Assembly: GCA_963575745.1 (NCBI GenBank)
Contig: CAUYUJ010000014.1
Coordinates: 62,001-119,597, forward strand
From: Prorocentrum cordatum
Taxonomy: Eukaryota
DNA: 57,597 nucleotides
Direction: 5' to 3'
The position numbers and the translations under genes are program-made. The number at the start of each line of letters is the position of its first letter. The stretch's first letter is position 1. Below, piece by piece: positions 35,495 to 49,252 of this stretch. The notes under the pieces are model-generated. The model saw only the letters and a program-made list of their open reading frames with translations, was not told the DNA's origin and did not search any database.

Positions 35495-35974
35495 ATGGTG
35501 CCCATGCCTCCCGCGGGCGGTTCCGCAGCGGCCGCGTCGGATGCGGGCGCGGCCGAGGCCAGCAGGGCGTCGCCCAACACGCGGGAGCTCTTCGGCCTCT
35601 CAGGAGACACGTATGCTGGTTCGGCATGGCAGGGCTCCCAATACACGGCCGCCACGCGGGAGTTCAAAAAGTGGTGGCCTTCCACATACCCTGGCGAGTG
35701 GAAGATGCCCAACGGCATGCTCTACCCGTTCGTTTGGAAGCTCAAGTCGCTGGACGTCATCGACGGCCAGGTCGTCGAAACCTGGGACTGGGAGTGGATC
35801 GAGACCCCAGGCCTGGCGACCATCTCTGAGGTGGAGGCCATGCTGCGGGCCCACTGCAACCAGCAGCAGGCTGCCGCGCAAGAGGCCCAGGCGCGAGCGG
35901 CGGCGACAGCGGCAGGTCTCTCGGCGCTCTCGGCTGCCGCCCGCACTCTCAATCCGTCGCCCTTCGGTGCCTGA
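35495..35974 (+). CDS. Hypothetical Trp-rich protein, 159 aa
   Basis: GCCGCCATGG start; GC3-rich codons; core FKKWWPSTYPGEWKMPNGMLYPFVWKLKSLDVIDGQVVETWDWEWIE. Confidence 0.65.
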   Translation: MVPMPPAGGSAAAASDAGAAEASRASPNTRELFGLSGDTYAGSAWQGSQYTAATREFKKWWPSTYPGEWKMPNGMLYPFVWKLKSLDVIDGQVVETWDWEWIETPGLATISEVEAMLRAHCNQQQAAAQEAQARAAATAAGLSALSAAARTLNPSPFGA

Positions 35975-36061
35975 GCGAGCCACATAGAGTGCTGCGCTGC
36001 ATCAGTCAGCGCCCTGCTAGGTCGTCCTAAGCGACCTCGGCGCAACTAGCAGCGCGCCCGC

Positions 36062-36885
36062 TTAGGTGGTGGGCTCGCCTAATACTCTCCTTTTGTCCAT
36101 CTTCCCTATTCTGGTTTCTCTTTACCTCGGCAGCCCACCACCTAAACAGCTGGAGCCATGCCGCTTCAATTCAAGGTCGGTCGAGCCGTCCTGCATAGTT
36201 GAGTAGTAGGCCACGCAAGTCTAGCAGCATCCAGCCTATCCCGACATAGTGCGGCTCAGCAACTTTGAGCAGCCCCGCTAACAGTGAGGCGGCTAAACGC
36301 CGCTCACATATCTCAATTCGCAGACTCGCCACGGCTGAGTCTTCGCGCATAGGTGGTGGGCTAGCACACTTCTCGGATCCTGGTTTATATGCAGCCCACC
36401 ACCTATACAGCCCAAGCCACCACATGAGCCAAACTCTAACAAAGGAGACGCCGCGTCTCCAATTTAAGGTCGGCCGAGCCGACATGCAGCCCGCCGCAGT
36501 GGGTACTTCAGGTACACATTCTCACTGCAACTCTTTCGGCGCCAGTCGGCACCATCTCAGGTCAACATGGGATGGGCGCCCATGGTGCAACCGTCAATGC
36601 GCCACACAGGGGCGGAGCCAGCCTAATACATACCTCGGCAGCCCACCTAGTCACTCTTTTTTCTACCGGCCCCCCCTTGGAGGGCCTGTGCAAGAGTAGC
36701 TGCCAGTCATGGGCGCGACTTCTCACTTTGCCGCACGAGTGCGGCCAACGCGGCACATTTTAGCAGCCTCGCTAAAAAGCGATCGGCTAAGCTCACACAG
36801 CAATTCGCAGACTCGCCGCGGCTGAGTCTCCTAGGTGGTGAGCTGGCTTAATACTCTTGGTTCACCTTGGCAGCTCACTACCTAG
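36062..36885 (+). ncRNA. Repeated structured-RNA hairpin motif (3 clear copies, 1 degenerate)
   Basis: 14-bp stems at 36062-75/36132-45, 36349-62/36393-406 and 36831-44/36872-85, with covarying pairs and G-U wobble. Confidence 0.6.
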
Positions 36886-37944
36886 ACAGTCCTAGCCAGA
36901 CTGCCACGGCCAAACCTAAGCTGTGGCAAGCAAGGACGATGCTACAGCACATCCCCGCCGAGTAACTCTCGGCCAAGGCGGCCAGCGAAGGTGCCATATA
37001 TGCATACAGGCACCATGCCCTAGTGCGTCTTGGCTGTGCGGCTGAGTCAAGGCCGCGGCAAGCATAAGTGCCTCGTGGGAGGACCGCGGCACTGTGCCTC
37101 GGCTTGTCTCTTTGGCCCTCGTCCAGGTGTAGCAGGGTCCCCTTGGTCCCTGTGTGCCTGTGAGGGGCCACGCGGAGGTGGGTCTCTGTTGTCTGGTCTC
37201 GGCTAGCGCCCAGGCACACCCACCTCCCCGTCGCGGACGGCCCGTGCAGGCCTTTCAGCTGCAGCGGCCGCCCTGCAGCACGGCAATGCCATTCTGGCCC
37301 TCCTGCCTCCCCCCGCCTCTTTTGGATTCCCCCGCTCTTCCTCCAGTCCAGCTCTCCTCCCCTGGAGGTTTGGACAGCCGCGCGGCGGCCTGGCCAATTT
37401 GGCCTTCCGTCCAGTTCTTCCCTCTCCTTCAGCCGACCGAAACTTGGACGGCACACCTAGGCAGGTCTCTCCTTTTCCAGCCTTGCACTGCTCTCTGCCT
37501 CGAGGGCTGCCCTGCTATGGGCAACGAAGCAGGGCCCCGCTGATGTCTCTCTTCGCACGGCGCTGCAAACTCCTCCTCTCTCGTATATGATTCCTCTCTT
37601 CCCCTCCCGCAGCGCCAATACCTCTCTCCCGACAGTTTTCGGGACGAGAGCGGAAGCAGCTCAGCGTCCATGCTCTCGGGCTTCTCGCGTGCAGCCTGTG
37701 CCAGTCCTGTTGGCCGCTGCGCTCAAGCTACCTGCAACGAGCTTAGTACAGTCAAGCCCTCCTGCTCCTCCTCCTCCCTTCTCCTCCTCCTCCTCCTCCT
37801 CCTCCTCCTCCTCCCTCCTCCTCCTCCTCCTCCTCCTCCTCCCTCCTCCTCCTCCTCCTCCTCCTCCTTCTCTTTCTTCTCCTCCTCCTCCTCTTTCTTC
37901 TCCTCCTCTGGGCAGTGGAGGTGGGGGGCGGCCTCGGTACCGAG

Positions 37945-38059
37945 GAGGCACCGGCGCGCGGACGACGTGGGCGGCGGCGGCGCTGGCTTCCGTGCCCCTG
38001 GAGTCCCGTACGTGCCTGGCGCCGCCATGGTGCTGAATTTCATGCTGATGGCGACCATC
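37945..38059 (+). CDS. CAT-like transporter exon 14 (boundaries approximate; final exon not found)
   Basis: ADDVGGGGAGFRAPGVPYVPGAAMVLNFMLMATI matches the CAT C-terminal motif FxxPxVPxxPxxxxxxNxxLM. Confidence 0.85.
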
Positions 38060-38109
38060 TGGGGGGCGGCTGGACTCCTCCCTCCTCCCTCTTTCTTCCT
38101 CCTCCTCCT

Positions 38110-40762
<2,653 letters not shown>

Positions 40763-40764
<2 letters not shown>

Positions 40765-43700
40765 GGGTCACACCTGACTTATGGCCGGTGAGGTTTGGGT
40801 TTGGGTTTGGGTTTGGGTTGTGGTTTGGGTTTGGAAACCAATCGTTTTAATGAGTTTTCTATTGGGAACCAATTGTTTGGCTTCGTTTTCTATTGAACAC
40901 CTATGGTCTTTATTCGTTTTCTATTGGGAACCAATGGTTTAAATTAGTTTTCTATTGGGAGCCAATGGTGTTTATTTGTTTTTCATTGGGAACCAATGGT
41001 TTTTATTAGTTTCCGAGTGGAAACAGATTCTTTTTATAGTTTTCTATTGGAAACCAATGGTTTTCATTTGTTCTCTATTGGAAACCAAGGGTTTTCCCCA
41101 ACCCTCCGGCGTTGGGTTCTCGTTTTGAATCGAGCAGTGCTCGCGCGTCGCCTTCCTTACTTCCTTCCTTCCTTCCCGCCCCCTGCCGCCCCTCTCTTCC
41201 CCCTTGCCTTTCGCCTCGCTCGTCGCTGCGTGCCAGCTGGGGGGCTGCGATCTGTGAAAAGGTCGCCACTTTCGAGGCCTGCTGGGAGGCCCAGCACAGT
41301 GGGTACTCACGGCAGACTCAAATGGGACCTCGCCATCCCTGGGGGGCTGCGATCTGTGAAGCTGTTGCCACTTTCGAGGCCTGCTGGGGGGCCCAACGCA
41401 GTTGGTACTCACCGCAGACTCAAATGGGACCTCGCCATCCCTGGGGGGCTGCGATCTGTGAAGCCGTCGCCACTTTCGAAGCCTGCTGGGGGGCCCAGCA
41501 CAGTGGGTACTCACGGCAAACCCAAATGGGACCTCGCCGTCCCTGGGGGGCTGCGATCTGTGAAGCTGTCGCCACTTTCGAGGCCTGCTAGGGGGGCCCA
41601 GCACAGTGGGTACTCACGGCAGACTCAAATGTGACCTCGCCATCCCTGGGGGGCTGCGATCTGTGAAGCTGTCGCCACTTTCGAGGCCTGCTGGGGGGGG
41701 CCCAGCACTGTGGATACTCACGGCAGACTCAAATGGGACTCGCCATCCGTGGGGGCTGCGATCTGTGAAGGTGTCGCCACTTTCGAGGCTTTGCTGGGGG
41801 GCCCAGCGCAGTGGGTACTCACGGCAGACTCAAATGTGACCTCGCCATCCCTGGGGGGCTGCGATATGTGAAGCTGTCGCCACTTTCGAGGCTTGCTGGG
41901 GGGCCCAGCGCAGTGGGTACTCACGGCAGACTCAAATGTGACCTCGCCATCCCTGGGGGGGCTGCGATCTGTGAAGCTGTCGCCACTTTCGAGGCCTGCT
42001 GGGGGGCCCACCGCAGTGGGTACTCACGGCAGACTCAAATGGAACCTCGCCATCCTTGGGGGGCTGCGTTCTGTGAAGCTGTCACCACTTTCGAGGCCTG
42101 CTGGGGGGCCCAGCACAGTTGGTACTCACGGCAGACTCAAATGGGACCTCGCCATCCCTGGGGGGCTGCGATCTGTGAAGCTGTTGCCACTTTCGAGGCT
42201 TGCTGGGGGGCCCAGCACAGTGGGTACTCACGGCAGACTCAAATGGGATCTCGCCATCCCTGGGGGGCTGCGATCTGCGAAACTGTCGCCACTTTCGAGG
42301 CATGCTGGGGGGCCCAGCACAGTGGGTACTCACGGCAGACCCAAATGGGACCTCGCCATCCCTGGGGGGCTGCGATCTGTGAAGCTGTCGCCACTTCGAG
42401 GCCTGCTGGGGGGCCCAGCCCAGTGGGTATTCACTGCAGACTCAAATGGGGCCTCGCCGTCCATGGGGGGCTGCGATCTGTGAAACTGTTGCCACTTTCG
42501 AGGCCTGCTGGGGGGCCCAACACAGTTGGTACTCACCGCAGACTCAAATTAAACCTCGCCATCCTTGGGGGGCTGCGATCTGTGAAACTGTCGCCACTTT
42601 CGAGGGCTGCTGATGGGGCCCAGCACAGTGGGTACCCACCGCAGACTCAGACTAGACCTCGCCATCCCTGGGGGACTGCGATCTGTGAAACTGTCGCCAC
42701 GTTCAAGGCCTGCTGGGGGGCCCAACACAGTGGGTACTCACCGCAGGTTCAAAATGGACATCGCCATTCCTGGGGGGCTGCGATCTGTGAAACTGTCGCC
42801 ACTTTCGAGGCCTGCTAGGGGGGCCCAGCACAGTGGGTACCCACACGCAGATTCAAATTAGACCTCGCCATCCATGGGGGGCTGCGATCTGTGAAGCTGT
42901 CGCCACTTTCGAGGCCTGCTGGGGGGCCCAGCACAGTGACGCCACCCGCAGATTCAAATTAGACATCGCCATCCCTGGGGGGCTGCGATCTGTGAAGCTG
43001 TCGCCACTTTCGAGGCCTGCTTGCGGGGCCCAGCACAGTGACGCCACACGCAAATTCAAATTAGACCTCGCCATCCCTGGGGGGCTGCGATCTGTGAAAC
43101 TGTTGCCACTTTCGAGGGCTGCTGGGGGGGCCAGCACAGTGACGCCACACGCAGATTCAAATTAGACCTCGCCATCCCTGGGGGGCTGCGATCTGTGAAA
43201 CTGTCGCCACTTTCGAGGCTTGCTTGCGGGGCCCAGCGCAGTGACGCCACACGCAGATTCAAATTAGACCTCGCCATCCCTGGGGGGCTGCGATCTGTGA
43301 AACTGTCGCCACGTTCGAGGCCTGCTTGCGGGGCCCATCACAGTGACGCGTCTCAAGTAACTTACACATCAAGCTGATTGTCCATACAAGTTTCGGCCAA
43401 CTCATCGTTTCCATTGATACAAATGGGTCGGGTACGTCACAGGGTAATTATTTGTTTTTGGGAGGCAATGGTTTTACTTAGTTTTCTGTTGGAAACCAAT
43501 GGTTTAATGAGTTTCCATTGGGAACCAATTGTTTCTATTAGCTTTCTATTCGGAACCAATGGTTTTAATTAGCTCTCTATTGGGAACCAATTGTTTCTAT
43601 CAGTTTTCTATGGGAAACCAATGGTTTCTATTAGTCTTCTATTGGCAACCATCAGTTTTTTTATTTATTAGTTTTCCATTGGGAACCAATGGTTTTCATT

Positions 43701-44833
43701 AGTGTTCCATTGCGAACCAATGTTTTTTAATTAGTTTTCTATTGGAAACCGATGGTGTTAATCAGTTTTCTATTGAACACCAATGGTTCTCATTCGTTTT
43801 CTATTGAACACCATTTTTTATATTTATTAGTTTCTATTGTAAACTAATTGTTTTAATTAGTTCCCCGTTGGAAACCACTTGTGTTTATTTGTTTTTTGAA
43901 ACCAATGGTTTTTAGTAGTTTTTCTGTTGGAAACCCATGGTTTTCAACAGGTTTCTATTGGGAAACGAATTGTTTTAATTAGAGAAACCAATGGTTCGAA
44001 TCAGTTTCTTATTGGAATTCACTGGCTTTTGTATGCTTTTTTTTATGAGTTGTCTATTGGAAGCCAATGGTTTCCAGTAGTTTTCTATTGGGAAATCAAT
44101 TGCTTTCACTCGGTAAACCCATAGTTTAGTTCCCCATTGGAAACCAATGTTTTTAATCAGTTTTCTATTGAAAACCAATGGTTTGATTTCATTTTCTATT
44201 GGAAACCAATGGTTCTAATTAGTTTTCTAGTAGAACCAATGGTTTTAATTTGTTGTCCATGGGGGAACCAATTGTATCAAGTAGTTTTCTATTGAAAACC
44301 AATGATCTTAATTAGTTTTGTGTTGAAAACCAATGGTTGTAATTAGTTTTCTGCGGAAAACACGGATTAAGTTAGGTTTTTATTGAAAGCAAATTGTTTT
44401 AATTAGTTTTGTATTGAAAACCAATGGTTTTCATTAGTTTCACATTTGAAAAGGAATGGTTTAATTCGTGTTCTCAGGATAGCAATGGTTTTAATGAGTT
44501 TCAATTGAAAACAAGATGTTTTCATGTGTTTTCTAATGAAAACGAATTGTTTCAATAGTTGTAGTTAGTCTTCTTTTGGAAACCAATCATCCCTAAGCGA
44601 TTCCTCTAGAATTCCTTAGGATTCCTGGTGAATTCCTTAGGATTTCTAAGGAGTTCCTTAGATTTCCTGGCGAATTCCTGAGGATTCCTCGATCCTTAGG
44701 ATTCCTCACAGCGTGCCGGCCATACGTCAAGTGTGAAGGACGCGTAGTTTATATCGGGTTTTCGTACACCTGTATCGAACCCCAACCAAAATTTACCGGC
44801 CGTAACCAGGCCGGCCATAGACGACGGTTGACC

Positions 44834-44836
<3 letters not shown>
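40763..44836. mobile_element. Non-autonomous TIR element (about 4.1 kb) inserted in (CTA)n
   Basis: Imperfect TIRs TAGGGTCA...TATGGCCGG and CCGGCCATA...TGACCCTA. CTA repeats resume on both sides. The interior is AT-rich ~30-33-bp TTAGTTTTCTATTGGAAACCAATGG repeats (40835-41095 and 43450-44590). Confidence 0.75.
41237..43348. repeat. About 102-bp satellite, about 21 copies
   Basis: CTGGGGGGCTGCGATCTGTGAAGCTGTCGCCACTTTCGAGGCCTGCT unit repeated head to tail. Confidence 0.95.
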
Positions 44837-44878
<42 letters not shown>

Positions 44879-44911
44879 GTAGTAGTACTACTAGTACTAC
44901 TACTACTACTA

Positions 44912-44942
<31 letters not shown>

Positions 44943-44948
44943 ACTACT

Positions 44949-45039
<91 letters not shown>

Positions 45040-45072
45040 ACTACTACTACTTCTACTACACTACTACTACTA

Positions 45073-45112
<40 letters not shown>

Positions 45113-45114
45113 TA

Positions 45115-45158
<44 letters not shown>

Positions 45159-45283
45159 GACTACTACAACAACAACAACAACTACTACTACTACTACTAC
45201 TACTACGACGACGACTACTACTACTACTCCTCCTGCTGCTGCTGCTACGACTACTACTACTACTACTACTACTACTATTACTG

Positions 45284-45323
<40 letters not shown>

Positions 45324-45354
45324 GACTACTACTACGACTACTACAGCAACCACA

Positions 45355-45419
<65 letters not shown>

Positions 45420-45439
45420 CGCTACTACTACTACTACTG

Positions 45440-45500
<61 letters not shown>

Positions 45501-45540
45501 GACTACTACTACTACTACTACAATTACTACGACTACTACG
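44837..45540. repeat. (CTA)n microsatellite
   Basis: Directly visible. Confidence 0.95.
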
Positions 45541-45622
45541 GCATTGCTGAAAAGACGAAGCCGAAGCACGATCACGAGTGCATTCGGAAAAGAGCACGGC
45601 GCCGAGAGGTAGCCCTGTCCAT

Positions 45623-45945
45623 TTAGGACCCGATGAGCCCTCTCAAGGCGCAGTCGAGCTGTTGGATGAACTCCGCGTGCGGGTCCACAAACATGCACTG
45701 ATCAACCCTGGTGACGCTAGCGCCGCTGAAGCCTGCAATGCACGCGAATTCAGGGAATTGTGGGAGCTTCCAGGCAGACGGGGCTCCCTCCCTCCAGGAC
45801 ACCGCGGGGTGCTCCATCACAGCACACGTCTTAGTAATGGCAGCGGCGAGCAAAAACCTGGCGGTCGTCCCGAGCAACTCATTGCCAATACGGTCGGACC
45901 GAGGTATAAGATCGAGGCCGGTTCGGGGAGGGTGCCCCCATGTTC
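45623..45945 (-). pseudogene. Degenerate fragment of a retroelement-type C5 methyltransferase
   Basis: WGHP..IGNELL..AVMEHP..W..PSAW..VDQCMF aligns by eye with WGIP..IANLLL..AWMEHP..W..PSW..IDQCMF of the 31265-33070 ORF; motifs I-IV and X are absent. Confidence 0.7.
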
Positions 45946-46249
45946 TCTGTGCCTGATGGATGTTCTTGTACATCGTTGGAAAAGTGGCACCCTCGGATGT
46001 TCTTCAGTTCGGGCCGGCGTAGGGTCTCGTGTTCTTGAATCGAGTACGGGATCGACTACAGAGTCGATCTACCCCAAAATTGATGCCCCGTCGAATCTAC
46101 GACACATGACCACAGTGCTCCGTCGATCTACATGCCCGTTCTGCGCATTTCCTCATGGGCTCGACGAGAAAATCAGTACTGGGGTTCGGCGGCGTGCAGG
46201 GGGGGTGGGAACGAGAAGGAGAAGGCCTTCTCAGAAGGCGGCCAGACTT

Positions 46250-47120
46250 CTCAATTCGCCTGGCTCGCTTCGCCGGGCTCGATTCGCCCGGCTCGCTTCG
46301 CCCGAGTCTCGACTCGTCCAGCTCGATTCGCTTGGCTCGATTCGCCCGAGTCTCGATTCGCCCGGCTCGCTTTGCCCAGCTCGATTCGCCCAAGTCTCGA
46401 TTCGCCCCAGCTCGATTCGCTCGAGTCTCGATTCGCCCAGTTTGATTCGCCTGGCTCGGTTCGGCCGGGCTCGATTCGCCCGAGTGTCGATTCGCACGGG
46501 GCTCGATTCGCCCGGCGCGATTCGCCTGGGCCCCGAATCGCCCTGCTCGATTCGCCCGAGTTTCGATTCGCCTGGCTCCGCCCGCCCGACCCCGACCCGC
46601 CCGTTGGGGTCCGCCCGCCCGACCCGACCCGCCCGTCAGGTCTCGCGCGTGCTAGCTCGATGATGTGTCCTACTTTCAGTCCCGCCCGCCCGACCAGACC
46701 TGTCCCTTAAGGTCCGCCCGACCCGACCCGACCCGCCCGTTAGGGTCCGCCCGCCCTGCTGACTCGATGCTGCCTCCTACTTTGATGTCCCGCCCGCCCG
46801 ACCCGACCCGCCCGTCAGGGTCCGCCCGCCGGACCCGACCCGCCCGTTACACTACGCCAGGGTCCGTCCGCGTGCTCCACCCCCCTCCCCCTCTGGATCC
46901 TTCACGTGCCCGGCGAAGCGAGCCCCGGCGAAGCGAGCCCCGGCGAAACGAGCCCCGGCGAAACGAGCCCCGGCGAAACTGAAACACGAGCCCCGGCGAA
47001 ACGAGCCCTGGCGAAACGAGACGGGCGAGACGAGCCCCGCCAAGCGAGCTCCGGCGAACGAGCCCCGAAACACTGCAGTGGTGGACCGAGCCCCGGCGAA
47101 GGCCGAGCCCCGGCGAGCCG
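46250..47120. repeat. Opposed 15-bp arrays (GCTCGATTCGCCCG-type and CGGCGAAACGAGCCC-type) around CCCGA-type repeats
   Basis: Units at 46250-46575 are approximately the reverse complement of units at 46908-47120. Confidence 0.8.
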
Positions 47121-47449
47121 AGGCCCATGGCGCATCGAGGCCGTGCCGCCGCAGCCGCCGCCTGCGCCGACTGCCTCGTGGTCGCTGCCGCCTGCTGCTG
47201 GGCGCAGGTCGGGCATGGCCCTCTACAGGAGGAGTATTAATTCCACAGTAGTCCAACAAATCAGATGGGGACGGCATTTTCACACTTGTTTTTTCTTTCG
47301 GAGGTTCTTTCTTGTATCTAGGGCATAGGTCGGGCATGTCCCTCTACAGGAGGAGTATTATAAACAGAGTCAAACAAATTATCCCAGTGCGACCATAGCT
47401 AGGAGTTGGAGCCTCTAGGAAAGCAACATTAGCAGCAGCAATAGTGGAT

Positions 47450-48065
47450 GCTGTGCTGCGCTATGCTATGCTATACTATGTTATGCTATGCTATGCTATG
47501 CTCTACTATACTATGCTATGCTATGCTATGCTATGATGCGCAATGCTATGCTGGGCTAGGCTAGGCTAGGCTACGGTATGCTATGCTATGATATGCTATG
47601 ATATGCTGCGCTGTGCGATGCTAAACAGTGCTATGCTATGCTATGACATGCTATGGTGCGCTATGCTATGCTATGCTATGCTATGCTATGTTATGCTATG
47701 CTTGGCTATGCTATGCTATGCTATGCTGTGCGAATGCTGCGCTGCGCTATGCTGCGCTGCGCTAAGCTAAGCTAAGGTAAGCTAAGCTATGCTAAGCTAT
47801 ATTAAACTAAACTAGACTAAGCTAAACTAAGCTAAGCCAAGCTAAGCCAAGTTAATCTAAGCTAAACTTAGCTAAACTAATATGAGATAATCTAAACACA
47901 GCTAAGCTAAAAGCTAAGCGAAGCTAAACTAAGCTAAGCCAAGCTAGGCTAGGCACAGCTAAGCTAAGCTAAGCAAAGCCAAGCTAAGGTAAGTTCAGCT
48001 AATATGAGATAAGCTAAGCTAAGCTAAGCTAAGCTAAGGTAAGCGAAGTTTAGCTAAGCTGAGCT
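47450..48065. repeat. (CTATG)n followed by (CTAAG)n pentamer microsatellites
   Basis: The switch occurs at about 47760. Confidence 0.92.
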
Positions 48066-48314
48066 GGGTGAACCCAGGGGGCGCACGTGGGGGAACCGCG
48101 GGGCGGATGGCGGGGGAAATGCCCGGGGTGGGGCCCATTGCCCGCCCCTTTAAGCATACCGAGTAAGAATCCTTCTAGGCAGAGCCTAGGTAGGGAATAA
48201 TATGGGGACGTAGGGAATAATATGGTCACGATGTTTTCATATTTTTTGGGGGTATTTTCTGGGTATTTGTTATTTGTCGTCCAAAATCCGCCTGTAGAGG
48301 GACATGCCCGACCT

Positions 48315-48900
48315 GATGCTGGGCCAGGTGCGGCTGCTCCGCCCTCTCGCGCACCCAGAGGACGGCGTCAGCAGGGGGCCCAGGCTCAGGAGGTCCAGCG
48401 GCAGGCTGCGGCGGTGGCGCAGACACGCGATCGACCACCGACTTCAGCACCTCGTCGGTCTGCCGGAGCTGCTGGGTGACAGGCAGCACGAAGTGGCGCG
48501 CATCTCCCGTGCTCCCGTCGCGGCCCATGTTCGGTGATCGCCCTGGCGGATAGGGCTCATCTGCCCGCATGTCCTCGGCAGGAGGCGGTGGCACACGCTG
48601 CCGCTGCTGCGCACCTCCAGGCCCGCCCCCCCCCATCGCCGAGGTCCTGTTCCATCGGCTCTGGCATGTCTGCGTCCAGCTGGTCCTCCAGCTCCGCGAT
48701 GAGGCTCCTGACCTGCTCGAGCTCTGCCAGATTCTCCTCCTGCTCGCCCAGCAATGCCATGCGCGCCCTGGTGGCGCGAAGCCTCTCGATGCACCGCTCC
48801 TCCTTGCCCTGCATCTCTGTGGGCTGGGCCGCCGTCGGAAGCATCAGGCCAAGGGCCGCCTCGATGGCGGTGATCTCCAGCTCGAGCCTCGCGACCTCCC
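48315..48900 (-). CDS. Unidentified coiled-coil protein fragment with a frameshift in a 9-G run
   Basis: VARLELEITAIEAAL...EEN LAELEQVRSLIAELEDQLDAD (ORF 48557..49072) continues into ORF 48226..48636 if one G of 48626-34 is removed. GC3-rich codons; cut by a MITE end at 48314. Confidence 0.45.
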
Positions 48901-49252
48901 GGGGCTCTCCCCGCCGACCTCGCCGATGTGGCCAGCCGTGCCAGCTCGTGCGTCCTGCCTCCGGGCGGCTCCCGATACCTCTCGAGCGCCCCCTCGCCCG
49001 TCGGCGCCTCGAGGAACCCGCCGTGGGCTGCAGCACCCGTCCTGCCCACGGGGGCGACGCGTGCGAGGACACGCCCCCTCACCCTCTGGCTGATCTCCGC
49101 CTCCTGCGAGCGCGCTCCCCGCTCCTGCCCGGTGCCCGGCTCTCTGCTCCCCCATGGGCCGCCGCGCGCGCCGGCCTGCCGGCATGCATGGCCCGCGAGC
49201 CGGCGCCGCCTCGGGGCTGCCTCTCGCGGGCCAGGCGGAGGACGGGCTTCAT

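Larger units (their letters stand above)
31265..37756 (+). mobile_element. 5'-truncated non-LTR-type retroelement carrying a C5 DNA methyltransferase and extra ORFs
   Basis: 15-bp direct repeat CCCTCCTGCTCCTCC at 31250-31264 and 37757-37771. The element begins mid-ORF, is intronless and repeat-free, and differs from the host gene in codon usage. Confidence 0.8.

Noticed and set aside
37721..37756. GCTCAAG and TCAAG at the retroelement 3' end as a spliced-leader relic
   Set aside because: Only 5-7 nt match the end of the leader. I found no longer match to CCGTAGCCATTTTGGCTCAAG in the window.
40792..40833. Telomere-like (TTTGGG)n
   Set aside because: Short, imperfect, internal to a TIR element, and not the TTTAGGG unit known from dinoflagellates.
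41237..43348. CRISPR-like array (also considered for the 152-, 76- and 90-bp arrays)
   Set aside because: Whole units repeat with no unique spacers, and there are no cas-like ORFs.
48616..48700. Possible final transporter exon after CCATC, with an apparent TIR partner for 38060
   Set aside because: The + strand translation (AEVLFHRLWHVCVQL) lacks the expected CAT C-terminal pattern and is better explained as the antisense of the coiled-coil ORF.
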